Shown piece after piece: positions 20,068 through 29,264 of a stretch of DNA of 64,000 nucleotides; position 1 is the stretch's first letter; each line of letters begins with the position of its first letter. The notes beneath the pieces are model-generated. The model worked only from the letters and a program-made list of their open reading frames with translations, did no database searches and was not told where the DNA came from. Position numbers and translations under genes: made by a program. The DNA is from Solirubrobacteraceae bacterium (GTDB taxonomy: Bacteria; Actinomycetota; Thermoleophilia; Solirubrobacterales; Solirubrobacteraceae): assembly GCA_050696635.1 (NCBI GenBank), contig JBOGYE010000259.1, forward strand, positions 503 through 64,502, in the 5' to 3' direction.

Positions 20068-21179
20068 GCGGCCTCACACGCGTAGCGGGCCACCGCATCC
20101 TCGTCCAGCTCGCACCCCAGACCCGGGCCGCGGGGCACCGTCAGGCAGCCGTCGGCATCGAGCGCCACCGGCGCCGCGAGCATGAAGTCGCGGCGCTCCG
20201 GCGTCCACCCCGGCGGGTCATACGGGAACTCCAGGAACGGACCGCCGCCGACCCCGCAGCAGACGTGCAGGTTGGCCAGCAGGCCGATCCCGTTGGTCCA
20301 GGTGTGCGGCGTGAACCAGCGGTTGCGCCGCAGCGCCAGCTCCGCAAGCGTGCGCGCCCCCGATACGCCGAGTGCCAGCACGACGTCGGGCTGGACGACA
20401 TCGAGCGCACCGTGCTCGAGCGCGCGGCGCAGCTCGTCGAAGCTGCGCGCCATCTCGCCGCCGGCGATCCGCGCGCCGGTCGCGCGGCGCAGCAGCGCCA
20501 TCCCGTCGAGATCATCGCCGGCAAGCGGCTCCTCGACCCACAGCACCCGGTGCTCGGCCAGCTCGTCCACCAAGCGGCGCGCGCCTGCGACGTCCAGCCC
20601 CGGCGCGATGTCTCCCGGCATCCGCCACCACTGGTTGAGGTCGACGATCACCTCCAGCGCGTCGCCGACCGCATCGCGGATCGCGGCGACGACCGACACG
20701 CCCTCCGCCAGGCGGCCGCGGACGATCCGCACCTTGACCGCTCGGAACCCCTCCGCGACGAGCGCGTGCGCGTCCTGGGCGCGATGCTCGGGCGCCCGCA
20801 CCTCGCCCAGCGATGCGTACGCCGGCACCCGGTCCAGGGCGCCGCCGAGCAGCGTCGCCACCGGCGCCCCGAGCGCCTTGCCGGCCAGGTCCCATAGCGC
20901 GGCCTCCAGCGGCCAGAACCGTCCGGAGTGAAACGAGATCGTGCCAAGTGTCCGCGCGTGCGCCGCCAGCGCCAGCGGGTCGCGGCCGAGGAACAGGTGC
21001 TCGAAGGCTCCAAACCCATCCATCGTGTCGCCGCTTGCGATCCCGGTCAGCCCCTCGTCGGTGTGCACGCGCACCACCGTCGCGTCAAACCGCGTACGCG
21101 GGGAAGGGTCCCAGGCGGCAGCGAATGGGGGCGACAACGGCAGGCTCAGGCGCTGGATGTCGATCGCGGTGATCTTCAT
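20064..21179 (-). CDS. Mandelate racemase/muconate lactonizing enzyme family protein
   Basis: ALWDLAGKALG, KVR, VDLN, WVEEP, GGEM, QPDV, PHTW. Confidence 0.9.
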   Translation of the reverse strand: MKITAIDIQRLSLPLSPPFAAAWDPSPRTRFDATVVRVHTDEGLTGIASGDTMDGFGAFEHLFLGRDPLALAAHARTLGTISFHSGRFWPLEAALWDLAGKALGAPVATLLGGALDRVPAYASLGEVRAPEHRAQDAHALVAEGFRAVKVRIVRGRLAEGVSVVAAIRDAVGDALEVIVDLNQWWRMPGDIAPGLDVAGARRLVDELAEHRVLWVEEPLAGDDLDGMALLRRATGARIAGGEMARSFDELRRALEHGALDVVQPDVVLALGVSGARTLAELALRRNRWFTPHTWTNGIGLLANLHVCCGVGGGPFLEFPYDPPGWTPERRDFMLAAPVALDADGCLTVPRGPGLGCELDEDAVARYACEAA

Positions 21180-21186
21180 GCGCGCC

Positions 21187-21720
21187 TCAGCATCCGCCGT
21201 AGAACGGGCTGCGGAGCGTGTCGCGGCGGTCCACCAGCGCCTGGGCGGCGTCCGGATCGCGTCCGTGACGCGCCGTCCTGATTCCCTTCAGCGTCGCGGC
21301 GCGACTGGCCAGGCGCACCGCGGTCTCATCGCTCGCGGCGGGGTCGATGTAGATCGCGACGAACACCAGCAGCTCGCCGCTGCACGGGATCAGCTGCTGC
21401 GCGACGGCGTCGAGGACGCCCTGCGCGATCCCCAGCTGGCCCGCGCCCCAGGTGATGGTCTGGTGGCGCTCCTCGGTGGCGGTCGCCTTGTTGATCATGA
21501 TCGTCGGCGGCCAGACCGGCTCGTAGTGCGCCTTGTCCTCGCCGACCACGACGAGGATCGGGGCGTGGCCCGGGGCGGGGGAGGTGAACGTGGTCAGCAG
21601 CGCCGCCGCGGTCGGCGTGCCGCGGCTCGCCAGCACGACGTTGACGTGCGCGCCGTCCGGGTCCTCGCCGCTCCAGCCCTCGCCGATCCGCCCGTCGAAG
21701 GTCGCCGACGCGTCGGTCAT
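21187..21720 (-). CDS. Formaldehyde-activating enzyme (Fae) homolog
   Basis: 177 aa: IGEGW..GAHVNVVL, GHAPIL, PPTIMINKA, WGAGQLGIAQGVLDAV, C-terminal SPFY. ATG overlaps the ADH stop (TGATG). Confidence 0.8.
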   Translation of the reverse strand: MTDASATFDGRIGEGWSGEDPDGAHVNVVLASRGTPTAAALLTTFTSPAPGHAPILVVVGEDKAHYEPVWPPTIMINKATATEERHQTITWGAGQLGIAQGVLDAVAQQLIPCSGELLVFVAIYIDPAASDETAVRLASRAATLKGIRTARHGRDPDAAQALVDRRDTLRSPFYGGC

Positions 21721-22859
21721 CAGAGCGTCGCGGCCTCCGCGCCGGCCAGCTCCGGGTCCAGCACGATCACCGAGCGCGCCCCCTCGCCGCGGCGCAGGCG
21801 CTCGAGCGCGGCGGGCACCTGCTCGAGCTCGATCAGCGCCGAGACCACGTCGGCCAGCTCGAGCCGTCCGGTGCGCACCAGCTCCACCACGCCGGAAAGC
21901 GTCTGGGCCGGATCGGCGGTGCCGTAGTAGCTGCCCATGATCGTCTTCTGGGACAGGAACTCGATCGCGGGCAGGCAGACCTCGGCCCCGACCGGCGCCA
22001 GCCCGACGACGACGGCGCGACCGCCAGGACGGATCGCATCCCAGGCGAGACGCATCGTGGCCGGGTTGCCGATCACCTCGAAGGCGTGATCGGCCCCGCC
22101 GCCGGTCAGCCTGCGGATCTCGGCGGCCGGGTCGCCGGCGACGTCTGCGCGAACGGCGTTGGTCGCCCCGCGCGCGAGTGCGTGGTCGAGCTTCTCGAGA
22201 CGGCGGTCGACCGCCACGATCGTCGCCGCGCCGGCCAGTCGGGCGGCGGCGATCACCTGCAGACCGACGCCGCCACAGCCGATCACCGCGACCCGCTCGC
22301 CGAGGCGCACGTGCGCGGCGTGCGTGACGGCGCCGAACGCCGTCACGACCCCGCAGCCCAGCAGCGCGGCCTGCCACAGCGGCAGGTCGTCCGGGATCGG
22401 GATCACCCCGGCCGCGTCGAGCACCGCGTACTGCGCGAAGCAGCTGACGGTCAGGCTGTGCTGCAGCGGCTGTAGGGCGCCGTCGCGCAGCCGCGTGTCG
22501 CCGCGAGGCAGCTCGCCCGCGACCGACGCGCGTCCGGCCGGCTCGCATAGCGTCGGCATCCCGGACCGGCACGGCTCGCAGCGACCGCACGAGGCGACCA
22601 TGCACAGCGCGACATGATCGCCGGGCGCCACGCCGCCGACGCCGTCGCCGACCTGCTCGACGATCCCGGCGCCCTCGTGACCGAGCACCATCGGGCAGCG
22701 ACCCTCGCCGAGCAGTCCGTCGCACAGCAGCACGTCGGAGTGGCAGACGCCTGCCGCGGCGAGCCTGACCAGCACCTCGCCCGCGCGCGGGCGCTCGAGC
22801 GTCACCGTCTCGACCGCGGGCGCGACCCCCGGCTCACGCAGCACGCAGGCCTGCATCAT
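21720..22859 (-). CDS. Zn-dependent alcohol dehydrogenase (class III-like)
   Basis: GVCHSD, LGHEGAG, CGRCEPCRSGMPTLC, LLGCGV, GCGGVG. Start estimated at ATG 22859 (ORF open to 22931). Confidence 0.92.
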   Translation of the reverse strand: MMQACVLREPGVAPAVETVTLERPRAGEVLVRLAAAGVCHSDVLLCDGLLGEGRCPMVLGHEGAGIVEQVGDGVGGVAPGDHVALCMVASCGRCEPCRSGMPTLCEPAGRASVAGELPRGDTRLRDGALQPLQHSLTVSCFAQYAVLDAAGVIPIPDDLPLWQAALLGCGVVTAFGAVTHAAHVRLGERVAVIGCGGVGLQVIAAARLAGAATIVAVDRRLEKLDHALARGATNAVRADVAGDPAAEIRRLTGGGADHAFEVIGNPATMRLAWDAIRPGGRAVVVGLAPVGAEVCLPAIEFLSQKTIMGSYYGTADPAQTLSGVVELVRTGRLELADVVSALIELEQVPAALERLRRGEGARSVIVLDPELAGAEAATL

Positions 22860-22952
22860 CAGCGGCTGGGGCACGCCTTCAGTTCTCGCATCTGCCGGCG
22901 CCGCGGTCAAGGTCTGGCCCTCAGGGCTCACGAAAGATTCTCTCGTGAGCCC

Positions 22953-23873
22953 TCAGACACCGTGCTGCGCTCGGATCGCGTCCATCAGGATCATCGCCGG
23001 CGTGCTCAGGTCACGCCGTCGCGGATGGCAGATCGCGACCTGCCGCGGAATCAGCGCCTCCTTGGGCTCGAGCCAGGTCAGCGACGGATCGACCGCGGCG
23101 GACGCGCCCAGCCGGTCCACGCAGGCGTGGCCGTAACCGGCGGCCACGAGCCGCTGCAGCGCCAGGGTGTCATCGGTACGGAACACCACGCGCGGGTTGA
23201 TCGCGCGCCGCCTCCAGGCTCCCTCGAGCTGTTGCTGAGTCCGCCAGCGCAGGTTCCAGGCGACCATGTCGGCCCCATCGAGCAGGTCGAAGCTCGGGGA
23301 TGGCGCCGCGGCAAGCCCCGAGTCGCGGCGGGTGAGGATCACGAACGGGTCGTCGAGCAGGGTGATCGAGATGATCCGCTCGTCGGGCTCGGGGTTGACC
23401 TGGAAGGCGAGGTCAAGCTCGCCAGACGCGAGCTCGTCGAATGTCTGCGAGCCTGACTCGATCTCCCGCAGCGCCACCTCGACGTCAGGGCGCTGCTCGC
23501 GCAGAACGCGCAGCGCCCCGGGAAGCAGGCCGGTGGTCGCCGTCTGGAACACGCCCACGCGCAGGATCCGACGCTCGCCCCGCGCGACCGCGGCGACATC
23601 GGCGCCGAGCGTCTCGACCTCGCCGAGCACCCGCCGCGCGCGACGGTAGGCGACGTCGCCGGCCGGCGTCAGCGCCACCGCGCCGCGGCCGCCGGGCCGG
23701 GTGAACATCGGCGTCTCCAACGCCCGCTCGAGCACCGCCACCTGGTGGGAGATCGCCGACTGGGTGTAGCCGAGAGAGCGCGCGGCGGAGCGAAACGAGC
23801 CTCGGTCGGCGACCTCGACCAGCGCGCGAAGCGCCTTCAGGTCGACCGGAGAGCGATCGATCAAACCGGTCAT
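22953..23873 (-). CDS. LysR family transcriptional regulator
   Basis: HTH GSFRSAARSLGYTQSAISHQVAVLE, LTPAG, plus a substrate-binding domain. Confidence 0.95.
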   Translation of the reverse strand: MTGLIDRSPVDLKALRALVEVADRGSFRSAARSLGYTQSAISHQVAVLERALETPMFTRPGGRGAVALTPAGDVAYRRARRVLGEVETLGADVAAVARGERRILRVGVFQTATTGLLPGALRVLREQRPDVEVALREIESGSQTFDELASGELDLAFQVNPEPDERIISITLLDDPFVILTRRDSGLAAAPSPSFDLLDGADMVAWNLRWRTQQQLEGAWRRRAINPRVVFRTDDTLALQRLVAAGYGHACVDRLGASAAVDPSLTWLEPKEALIPRQVAICHPRRRDLSTPAMILMDAIRAQHGV

Positions 23874-23929
23874 ATCACGAAAAATAACTCATCTGTAACA
23901 GATCAGCTGAATCGTACTATGAACTGTGG

Positions 23930-25369
23930 ATGTCGTCCATCTCGATCCGTCCTCGCCTCGCACGCCGGCCGGCGCTCGGTCTCGAACTGGCGCTCGCGTT
24001 CGCGCTGTTCCTGGTTGCGGGCATCGCGCAGGGCGCGATCGTGCCGCTGCTGCCGCGCTTCGCGCAACGGTTTGACCTGTCGGGCTCGCAGACGGCGCTG
24101 CTGCTGGCGCTGCCCGGACTGGCGACGCTGGTGGTCTCGGTTCCCGCCGGGTTGGTCGCCGATCGCTTCGGCGCGCGCCGCACGACGATGTGGGCGGGCG
24201 CGCTGCTGCTGGCCTCGAGCCTGGCCCAGGCGGTGCCATCGCTGACCGCGCTGCTGCTCGGCCGAATCGCGTTCGGGCTCGCGTTCGGGGTCACCTGGAC
24301 GGCCGGCCTGGCCTGGTTCGCGGACCTCGGCGAGGGCAGGGAGGGCGGCCGCTCGCGCCTGGGACCGGCGGTCACCTGCTCCTCGGTCGGCGTGATGGCC
24401 GGGCCCGCGCTCGCCGGCGTGCTGGCGCAGCGCGCCGGGCTGGCGGCGCCGTTTCTGGCGATCGCGGTTGCCACCGCCGCCGTCCTGCTGCCGCTGGCCT
24501 TGAGCGGCCGGCGGCGCTCGGACACGACCGCGTCGCTGCGCGACGCCGAGGGTGCGGTCGCGCACGACCCGCGAGGCGACCAGCGATCGGCGACCGGCGG
24601 CGCCGTCGGTCACCACGCGCCCAGCCAGACGCGCGCTCTGAAGTCGATCCTGCGCCGCCCGCAGGTGCTCGCGGCCGCGGGTGCGCTGGTCGTGTCCGGC
24701 GCGGTCTCGAGCTCGAGCCAGCTGCTGGTCAGCACCGGCCTGCACGGCGCCGGGCTGTCGACCGGCGCGATCGGGCTGGCGTTCTCGGTCGCCTCGATCT
24801 CATACATCCTGGTCAGCGCGGGCATCGTGCGCCTCGGCGCCCGGGCGCAGACGCTGCGCTTCAACGCGCTGACGACGGCGCTGCTCGCGGTTGCGCTGGC
24901 GCCGGCGGTGTTCGGCGCCGGCGCGGGGGCGCTGGTCGCCGCGCTGCTGCTGATCTCGGTCCCCCGCGCCGCGATCGGCACCAGCGCCTACTCGCTGGCG
25001 TCGGCCGGGCGCGCGGACGGCCAGCGCTCCGATGGGCTGGTGTTCGGCGTGCTGAACGGCGCCTGGGCGCTGGCGACGGTGCTGATGCCGATGGTCGCGG
25101 GCGCGGTCCAGCAGGGCGCCGGCTTCACGGTTGCGTACCTGGCCGTGATCGTCCTAGCGTGTGCGATCGCGGCGCTGGTCGCCGTGACGGCCCGTAGCTC
25201 CAAGCGCGAGACCGGGCGCCAGCGCCGGCACGGGCCGGCGCTGCGCCCCCGGCCGCTCGCGGTCAGCTCTTGTAGGCCTGGCCGAGGAAGACCGCGCCGA
25301 GCGAGGTCGGCTGGACGCCGTGCACCGAGCCGGTGGTGGCCGTCAGGCCGTCCATCCAGTAGGGGATGA
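23930..25369 (+). CDS. MFS transporter
   Basis: PAGLVADRFGARR motif A, LLGRIAFG, about 12 hydrophobic segments. Its C-terminal tail overlaps the convergent SBP gene. Confidence 0.85.
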   Translation: MSSISIRPRLARRPALGLELALAFALFLVAGIAQGAIVPLLPRFAQRFDLSGSQTALLLALPGLATLVVSVPAGLVADRFGARRTTMWAGALLLASSLAQAVPSLTALLLGRIAFGLAFGVTWTAGLAWFADLGEGREGGRSRLGPAVTCSSVGVMAGPALAGVLAQRAGLAAPFLAIAVATAAVLLPLALSGRRRSDTTASLRDAEGAVAHDPRGDQRSATGGAVGHHAPSQTRALKSILRRPQVLAAAGALVVSGAVSSSSQLLVSTGLHGAGLSTGAIGLAFSVASISYILVSAGIVRLGARAQTLRFNALTTALLAVALAPAVFGAGAGALVAALLLISVPRAAIGTSAYSLASAGRADGQRSDGLVFGVLNGAWALATVLMPMVAGAVQQGAGFTVAYLAVIVLACAIAALVAVTARSSKRETGRQRRHGPALRPRPLAVSSCRPGRGRPRRARSAGRRAPSRWWPSGRPSSRG

Positions 25370-26990
25370 TGAGCGGCGTCTGGGCCAGCAGCAGCGTCTC
25401 GATCTTGCCGGCGATCGAACGCTGGGTCTGGAGGTCGACGGCCGCGATGTACTGCTTGAACAGGCCGTCGTAGGTGGGATTGTGAAAGTGGGCCGCATTC
25501 CACGAGCCCTTGGTCGTCAGCGGCGCGTCTAGGAACACGTTGGGGACGCCTCGGTCGCCGTAGTTGACCAGGCTCATCGTGCTGTCCAGCCAGTCGGAGT
25601 TGCCGAACGTCGCCTTGCCGTAGTAGGCGGTCTGGCTCTCGACCTTGAGGTTGATATTGATGTTGATCGGCATGACCGCCGCCTTGATCACCTGCGCCAA
25701 CTGCGGGATCTCCTCGTAGATGTCGGCCGCCAGCGTGACGCTGAACCCCTTCGACTTGCCGGCCGCCGCCATCAGCTGCTTGGCCTTGGCGATGTCCTGG
25801 GCACGCTGGGGGACGCTCGTGTTGGTCGACGCGAACATCGGCGCGAACGGGCTGTCGTTGCCGACGCTGCCCAGACCGTGCAGCAGCGCTGCGACCATCG
25901 CCGGACGGTTCATGCACAGGGCGACCGCCTGGCGCACGCGCGCGTCGGTGAACGGCGCCTGATCGCAGCGCATCGACAGCTCGCGGTGGTTTGAGCCCTT
26001 GAGCTTGATGATCTGGTACTGCGTGTTCGACAGGATCCCCTCGGCGCCGCTGGGAACGAACTGCGTGATCGCGTCCACCGTGCTGCCCTGCAGCGCCAGG
26101 ATCTGCGGCGCCTGGCTCTCGTAGAACTTGAATGCGGTCGCGTCCAGGTGCGGCTTCGGTCCCCAGTAGGCGGCATTGGCGGCGAAGTTGGCGCCGACGT
26201 TCTGGCTGTAGCTCTGCAGCTTGAACGGCCCGGTGCCGACGAACGTCGACCCCCACTTGGCGAAGTCGGTCCCCTTCGGGACGACGATCGCGTTGTAGTT
26301 GTCCGAGGAGACGATGTAGGGGAAGTTGCCGTTGGCCGACTCCAGGTGAAACGCGACCGTCTCGGCGTCGACCTTGCGCACCCCGGCCGGTGTCAACACG
26401 CCCGTGAACGTCGACAGCGCGTTGGAGGAGTTCTTGGGGTCACACAGCGCCTTAAAGGTGTAGACGACGTCGTCGGCGGTCAGCGGCTGCCCGTTATGGA
26501 ACTTGACGCCGGGCCGCAGCTTGAAGGTCCACACCGTGCCGTCGCCGTTGTGGGACCAGCTGGTCGCCAGCATCGGCTCGAGCTGGAGCGTGACGTTGTT
26601 GTCGTAGGTGAGGAACTCGCCGGTCTGCGCGAGCATGCAGAGGCCGCCGGAGTCCGACACGATCAGCGGGTTCATCGCCGTCGCGGGCGTCTGCTGTGCC
26701 AGGTTCAGCGTGCCCCCCTTGACCGGCGTGCCCGTCGCCGGCGCAGCGGCGGCGCCCGACGAGGACGACGACGAGGCCGACGAGGACGGGCTCGAGTTGG
26801 CGCCTCCGCAGGCGGCGAGCACGGCCGCCATCACCGACGCCGACATTCCGGCCGCCGCGCCCCGGCGCAGGAACTCCCGCCGATCCAGGCGGCCGGCCAC
26901 GAGCTCGTCGATGTAGTGGTTCTCGTGCTCGGCGCTGCCGGCGCGGAGCGCATCGAGCTGACGATGGTTACGACGCATGGCGGGTGCCAC
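25263..26990 (-). CDS. Peptide/nickel-family ABC substrate-binding protein, Tat lipoprotein (SBP-A)
   Basis: DRREFLRRG Tat motif, LAAC lipobox, WTFKLRPGVKFHNG..TADDVV, GTGPFK, RVRQAVAL. Confidence 0.93.
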   Translation of the reverse strand: MAPAMRRNHRQLDALRAGSAEHENHYIDELVAGRLDRREFLRRGAAAGMSASVMAAVLAACGGANSSPSSSASSSSSSGAAAAPATGTPVKGGTLNLAQQTPATAMNPLIVSDSGGLCMLAQTGEFLTYDNNVTLQLEPMLATSWSHNGDGTVWTFKLRPGVKFHNGQPLTADDVVYTFKALCDPKNSSNALSTFTGVLTPAGVRKVDAETVAFHLESANGNFPYIVSSDNYNAIVVPKGTDFAKWGSTFVGTGPFKLQSYSQNVGANFAANAAYWGPKPHLDATAFKFYESQAPQILALQGSTVDAITQFVPSGAEGILSNTQYQIIKLKGSNHRELSMRCDQAPFTDARVRQAVALCMNRPAMVAALLHGLGSVGNDSPFAPMFASTNTSVPQRAQDIAKAKQLMAAAGKSKGFSVTLAADIYEEIPQLAQVIKAAVMPINININLKVESQTAYYGKATFGNSDWLDSTMSLVNYGDRGVPNVFLDAPLTTKGSWNAAHFHNPTYDGLFKQYIAAVDLQTQRSIAGKIETLLLAQTPLIIPYWMDGLTATTGSVHGVQPTSLGAVFLGQAYKS

Positions 26991-27013
26991 CTTTCTGTGA
27001 CGGCGCTGGTTTC

Positions 27014-28063
27014 TCAGAGATCACCGGCGTAGGCCCGGTTGTGGTCCTTGAGCAGCGCGTCGCTGCCCAGGAAAGCGTGCTTGGACATGTCGGGGCTGAA
27101 GCGGCTGGCGGGCGGGCGCCGTCCAAGCGCCTCGGCCATCGCCCGGATGTGGTGCGGCCCGGCCCCGCAGCAGACGCCGAGGTAGTTGACCCCGATCGCG
27201 TGCGCGGCGGTGGCGAACTCACCGATCTCGTAACGGTTGCAGGTGAACGGGTCAAGCGCGGTCGGAAACGGCCGGTCGCCGGGCAGGCAGTCGCAGTCGG
27301 GGTCGCGCAGCGACTGAAAGCTGGGCTGCGCGGCCGTGGTGCGGTAGGGGACCGGCAGCGCCGCGACGTGACAGTCGACCGACGCGCGGACCCGCTCGAT
27401 CAGCGGCAGCAGCGTGCGCGGCCCGCGGATGCAGTTCAGCCCGACGACATCGGCGCCCGCGTCGGCGAGGCGGCGGCAGGCCTCCTCTGGCGAGAGGCCG
27501 TCACGCGTCTCCTCGGCCTGGTGGACCGCGAGCGTCACCACCGCGGTCAGCCCCGCCTGCTTGATCGACTCGAGCGCGAGCAGCGACTCGGCCGCGTAGG
27601 AGAAGGTCTCGGCGACCACGAAGTCCACGCCGGCGCCCGCGATCCAGCCGATCTGCTCATCGAACATCCGTCGCACGGCGAGCTGTGACTCCCGGTCGGA
27701 GGCGTAGATGTTCGTGTTGCACAGGTCGCCGGCCAGCAGCGTGCCGGACTCGGCGGCGACCTCGGCGGCAAGCGTCAGCGCATCGCGGTTGAGCGGCTCG
27801 AGCAGATCCTCCTTGCCGATCATCCGCAGCTTCTCGCGGTGGCCGTAATAGGTGAACGCCAGCACCACGTCCGAGCCGGCATGTACGAACTCACGGTGCA
27901 GCGAGCGGACCAGTCCCGGATGCTCGAGCACGATCTCGGGCACGAACGCGCCCGCCTGCAGGTAGCCCCGCCGCTCGAACTCGAACAGATAGCCCTCGGC
28001 GCACACGACTGGGCCCTCGTCGAGCCGGGCCAGCAGCCCGGGTGTCTCGCGCTGATCGTTCAT
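27014..28063 (-). CDS. Homocysteine S-methyltransferase family protein, BHMT-like
   Basis: EGYLFEFERRGYLQAG, LHREFVHAGSD, Zn ligands GLNC and GVCCG. Start ATG 28063. Confidence 0.92.
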   Translation of the reverse strand: MNDQRETPGLLARLDEGPVVCAEGYLFEFERRGYLQAGAFVPEIVLEHPGLVRSLHREFVHAGSDVVLAFTYYGHREKLRMIGKEDLLEPLNRDALTLAAEVAAESGTLLAGDLCNTNIYASDRESQLAVRRMFDEQIGWIAGAGVDFVVAETFSYAAESLLALESIKQAGLTAVVTLAVHQAEETRDGLSPEEACRRLADAGADVVGLNCIRGPRTLLPLIERVRASVDCHVAALPVPYRTTAAQPSFQSLRDPDCDCLPGDRPFPTALDPFTCNRYEIGEFATAAHAIGVNYLGVCCGAGPHHIRAMAEALGRRPPASRFSPDMSKHAFLGSDALLKDHNRAYAGDL

Positions 28064-28369
28064 CCGCCGCTCCAGTGTCTTAGGGCCCGCGACAAAGCAA
28101 TTGACGGTCTCGTATGGCCGTCTCGCGGCGCCAGGCGCCACCCGCTCGCTCGCCATAGCGCTGCTATGGCTCCGCTCGCGTGCGCCGTCTGGCATCCACG
28201 AGCCGACCACCCGATCCCATCACTTGTTTCGTCGCGGACCATTAGTTGCAACGGGTGATGGTTATACAGCAACTGTGAACGCCAGGGCAACGGCGGTCGA
28301 CTCCTCAGCCATCTAGATCACTCCTCCGATTTGCAACGATACCGGGAGACGGCCAGTGTTGCAACTCAA

Positions 28370-28386
28370 GTTGCGCATTTGACAAC
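28370..28386. promoter_or_regulatory. Operator candidate GTTGC-N7-ACAAC in divergent promoter region
   Basis: gttgc-gcatttg-acaac. Extra gttgcaac at 28245 and 28358 and a half-site at 28257-28273 lie in the same intergenic region. Confidence 0.5.
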
Positions 28387-28433
28387 CGGGTGCTAACGTT
28401 GGACCTCGTGAGCGTGCGCGACCGAACTGCCCG

Positions 28434-29264
28434 GTGAGGCTCGCACTCGCGCAGTGCAGCTCGGTCGCGGGCGACGTGGCGGCCAACCTGGAGCGCGCCG
28501 CCGACGCGATCGCTCGCGCGCGGGGGCAGGGCTGCGAGCTGGTCGTGTTCCCGGAGCTGTTCCTGTCAGGCCCGCACCCGGGCGAGCACGGCGAGTGGGC
28601 GATCGACCACGCCGATCCGCGGCTCGCGGCACTGGCGCCCGCAGGGGCGGGCGGCCCGGCGGCGGCGATCGGCTTCTGCGAGCGCGCGCGCGAGCGCCGC
28701 TACAACAGCGCCGCCTACGTGTCCGACGGGCGCGTGCTGCGCGTGCACCGCAAGGTCGCGCTGGTCTCCTACCCGCCGTTCGATGAGCACCAGCGCTTCA
28801 GCGCCGGCGACTTGGTGCGCGCGTTCGACTCCTCGCTCGGGCGCTGCTCGCTGCTGGTCTGCAACGACGCGTGGCAGCCGGCGTTGGCCGAGGCCGCGGT
28901 GCGCGATGGGGCCGAACTGATGCTCGTGCCGGTCAACAGCGCCGACTCGAGCTTCACGGCGGTCCCGGACCTGCCCGGCGCCTGGTCGGACATCGCCCGC
29001 ACCCATGCGCTGCTGTTGCAGTGCTTCGTGGTGGTCGTCAATCGGGTCGGCGAGGAGGGCGAGATGCGCTACTGGGGGGGCTCGCGGATCGTGGGTCCCG
29101 ACGGACGCCTGGTGGCGGCCGCGCCGCGCTATCAGGAGACGCTGCTGGTCGCCGACATCGATCTCGGCGAGGCCCGGCGCCTGCGCCGCGAGGTCAGGCT
29201 GCTCGACGCCGGCGCTGGTCGGCCGGCCCGGCGCGCGGCCGACGTCCTGGCGCAGCGGTGCTGA
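28434..29264 (+). CDS. Carbon-nitrogen hydrolase (nitrilase superfamily)
   Basis: Glu-Lys-Cys triad: VFPEL, HRKV, LVCND; also VNRVG..YWGGSRIVGPDG. Confidence 0.92.
   Translation: MRLALAQCSSVAGDVAANLERAADAIARARGQGCELVVFPELFLSGPHPGEHGEWAIDHADPRLAALAPAGAGGPAAAIGFCERARERRYNSAAYVSDGRVLRVHRKVALVSYPPFDEHQRFSAGDLVRAFDSSLGRCSLLVCNDAWQPALAEAAVRDGAELMLVPVNSADSSFTAVPDLPGAWSDIARTHALLLQCFVVVVNRVGEEGEMRYWGGSRIVGPDGRLVAAAPRYQETLLVADIDLGEARRLRREVRLLDAGAGRPARRAADVLAQRC

Noticed and set aside
22923..22953. 11-bp inverted repeat between LysR and ADH
   Set aside because: Real (agggctcacga/tcgtgagccct) but most simply an ordinary terminator or stabiliser hairpin.
25263..25369. 107-nt convergent overlap of the MFS and SBP-A genes as antisense regulation
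   Set aside because: The MFS tail is low-complexity and most simply a stop-codon drift in GC-rich DNA.
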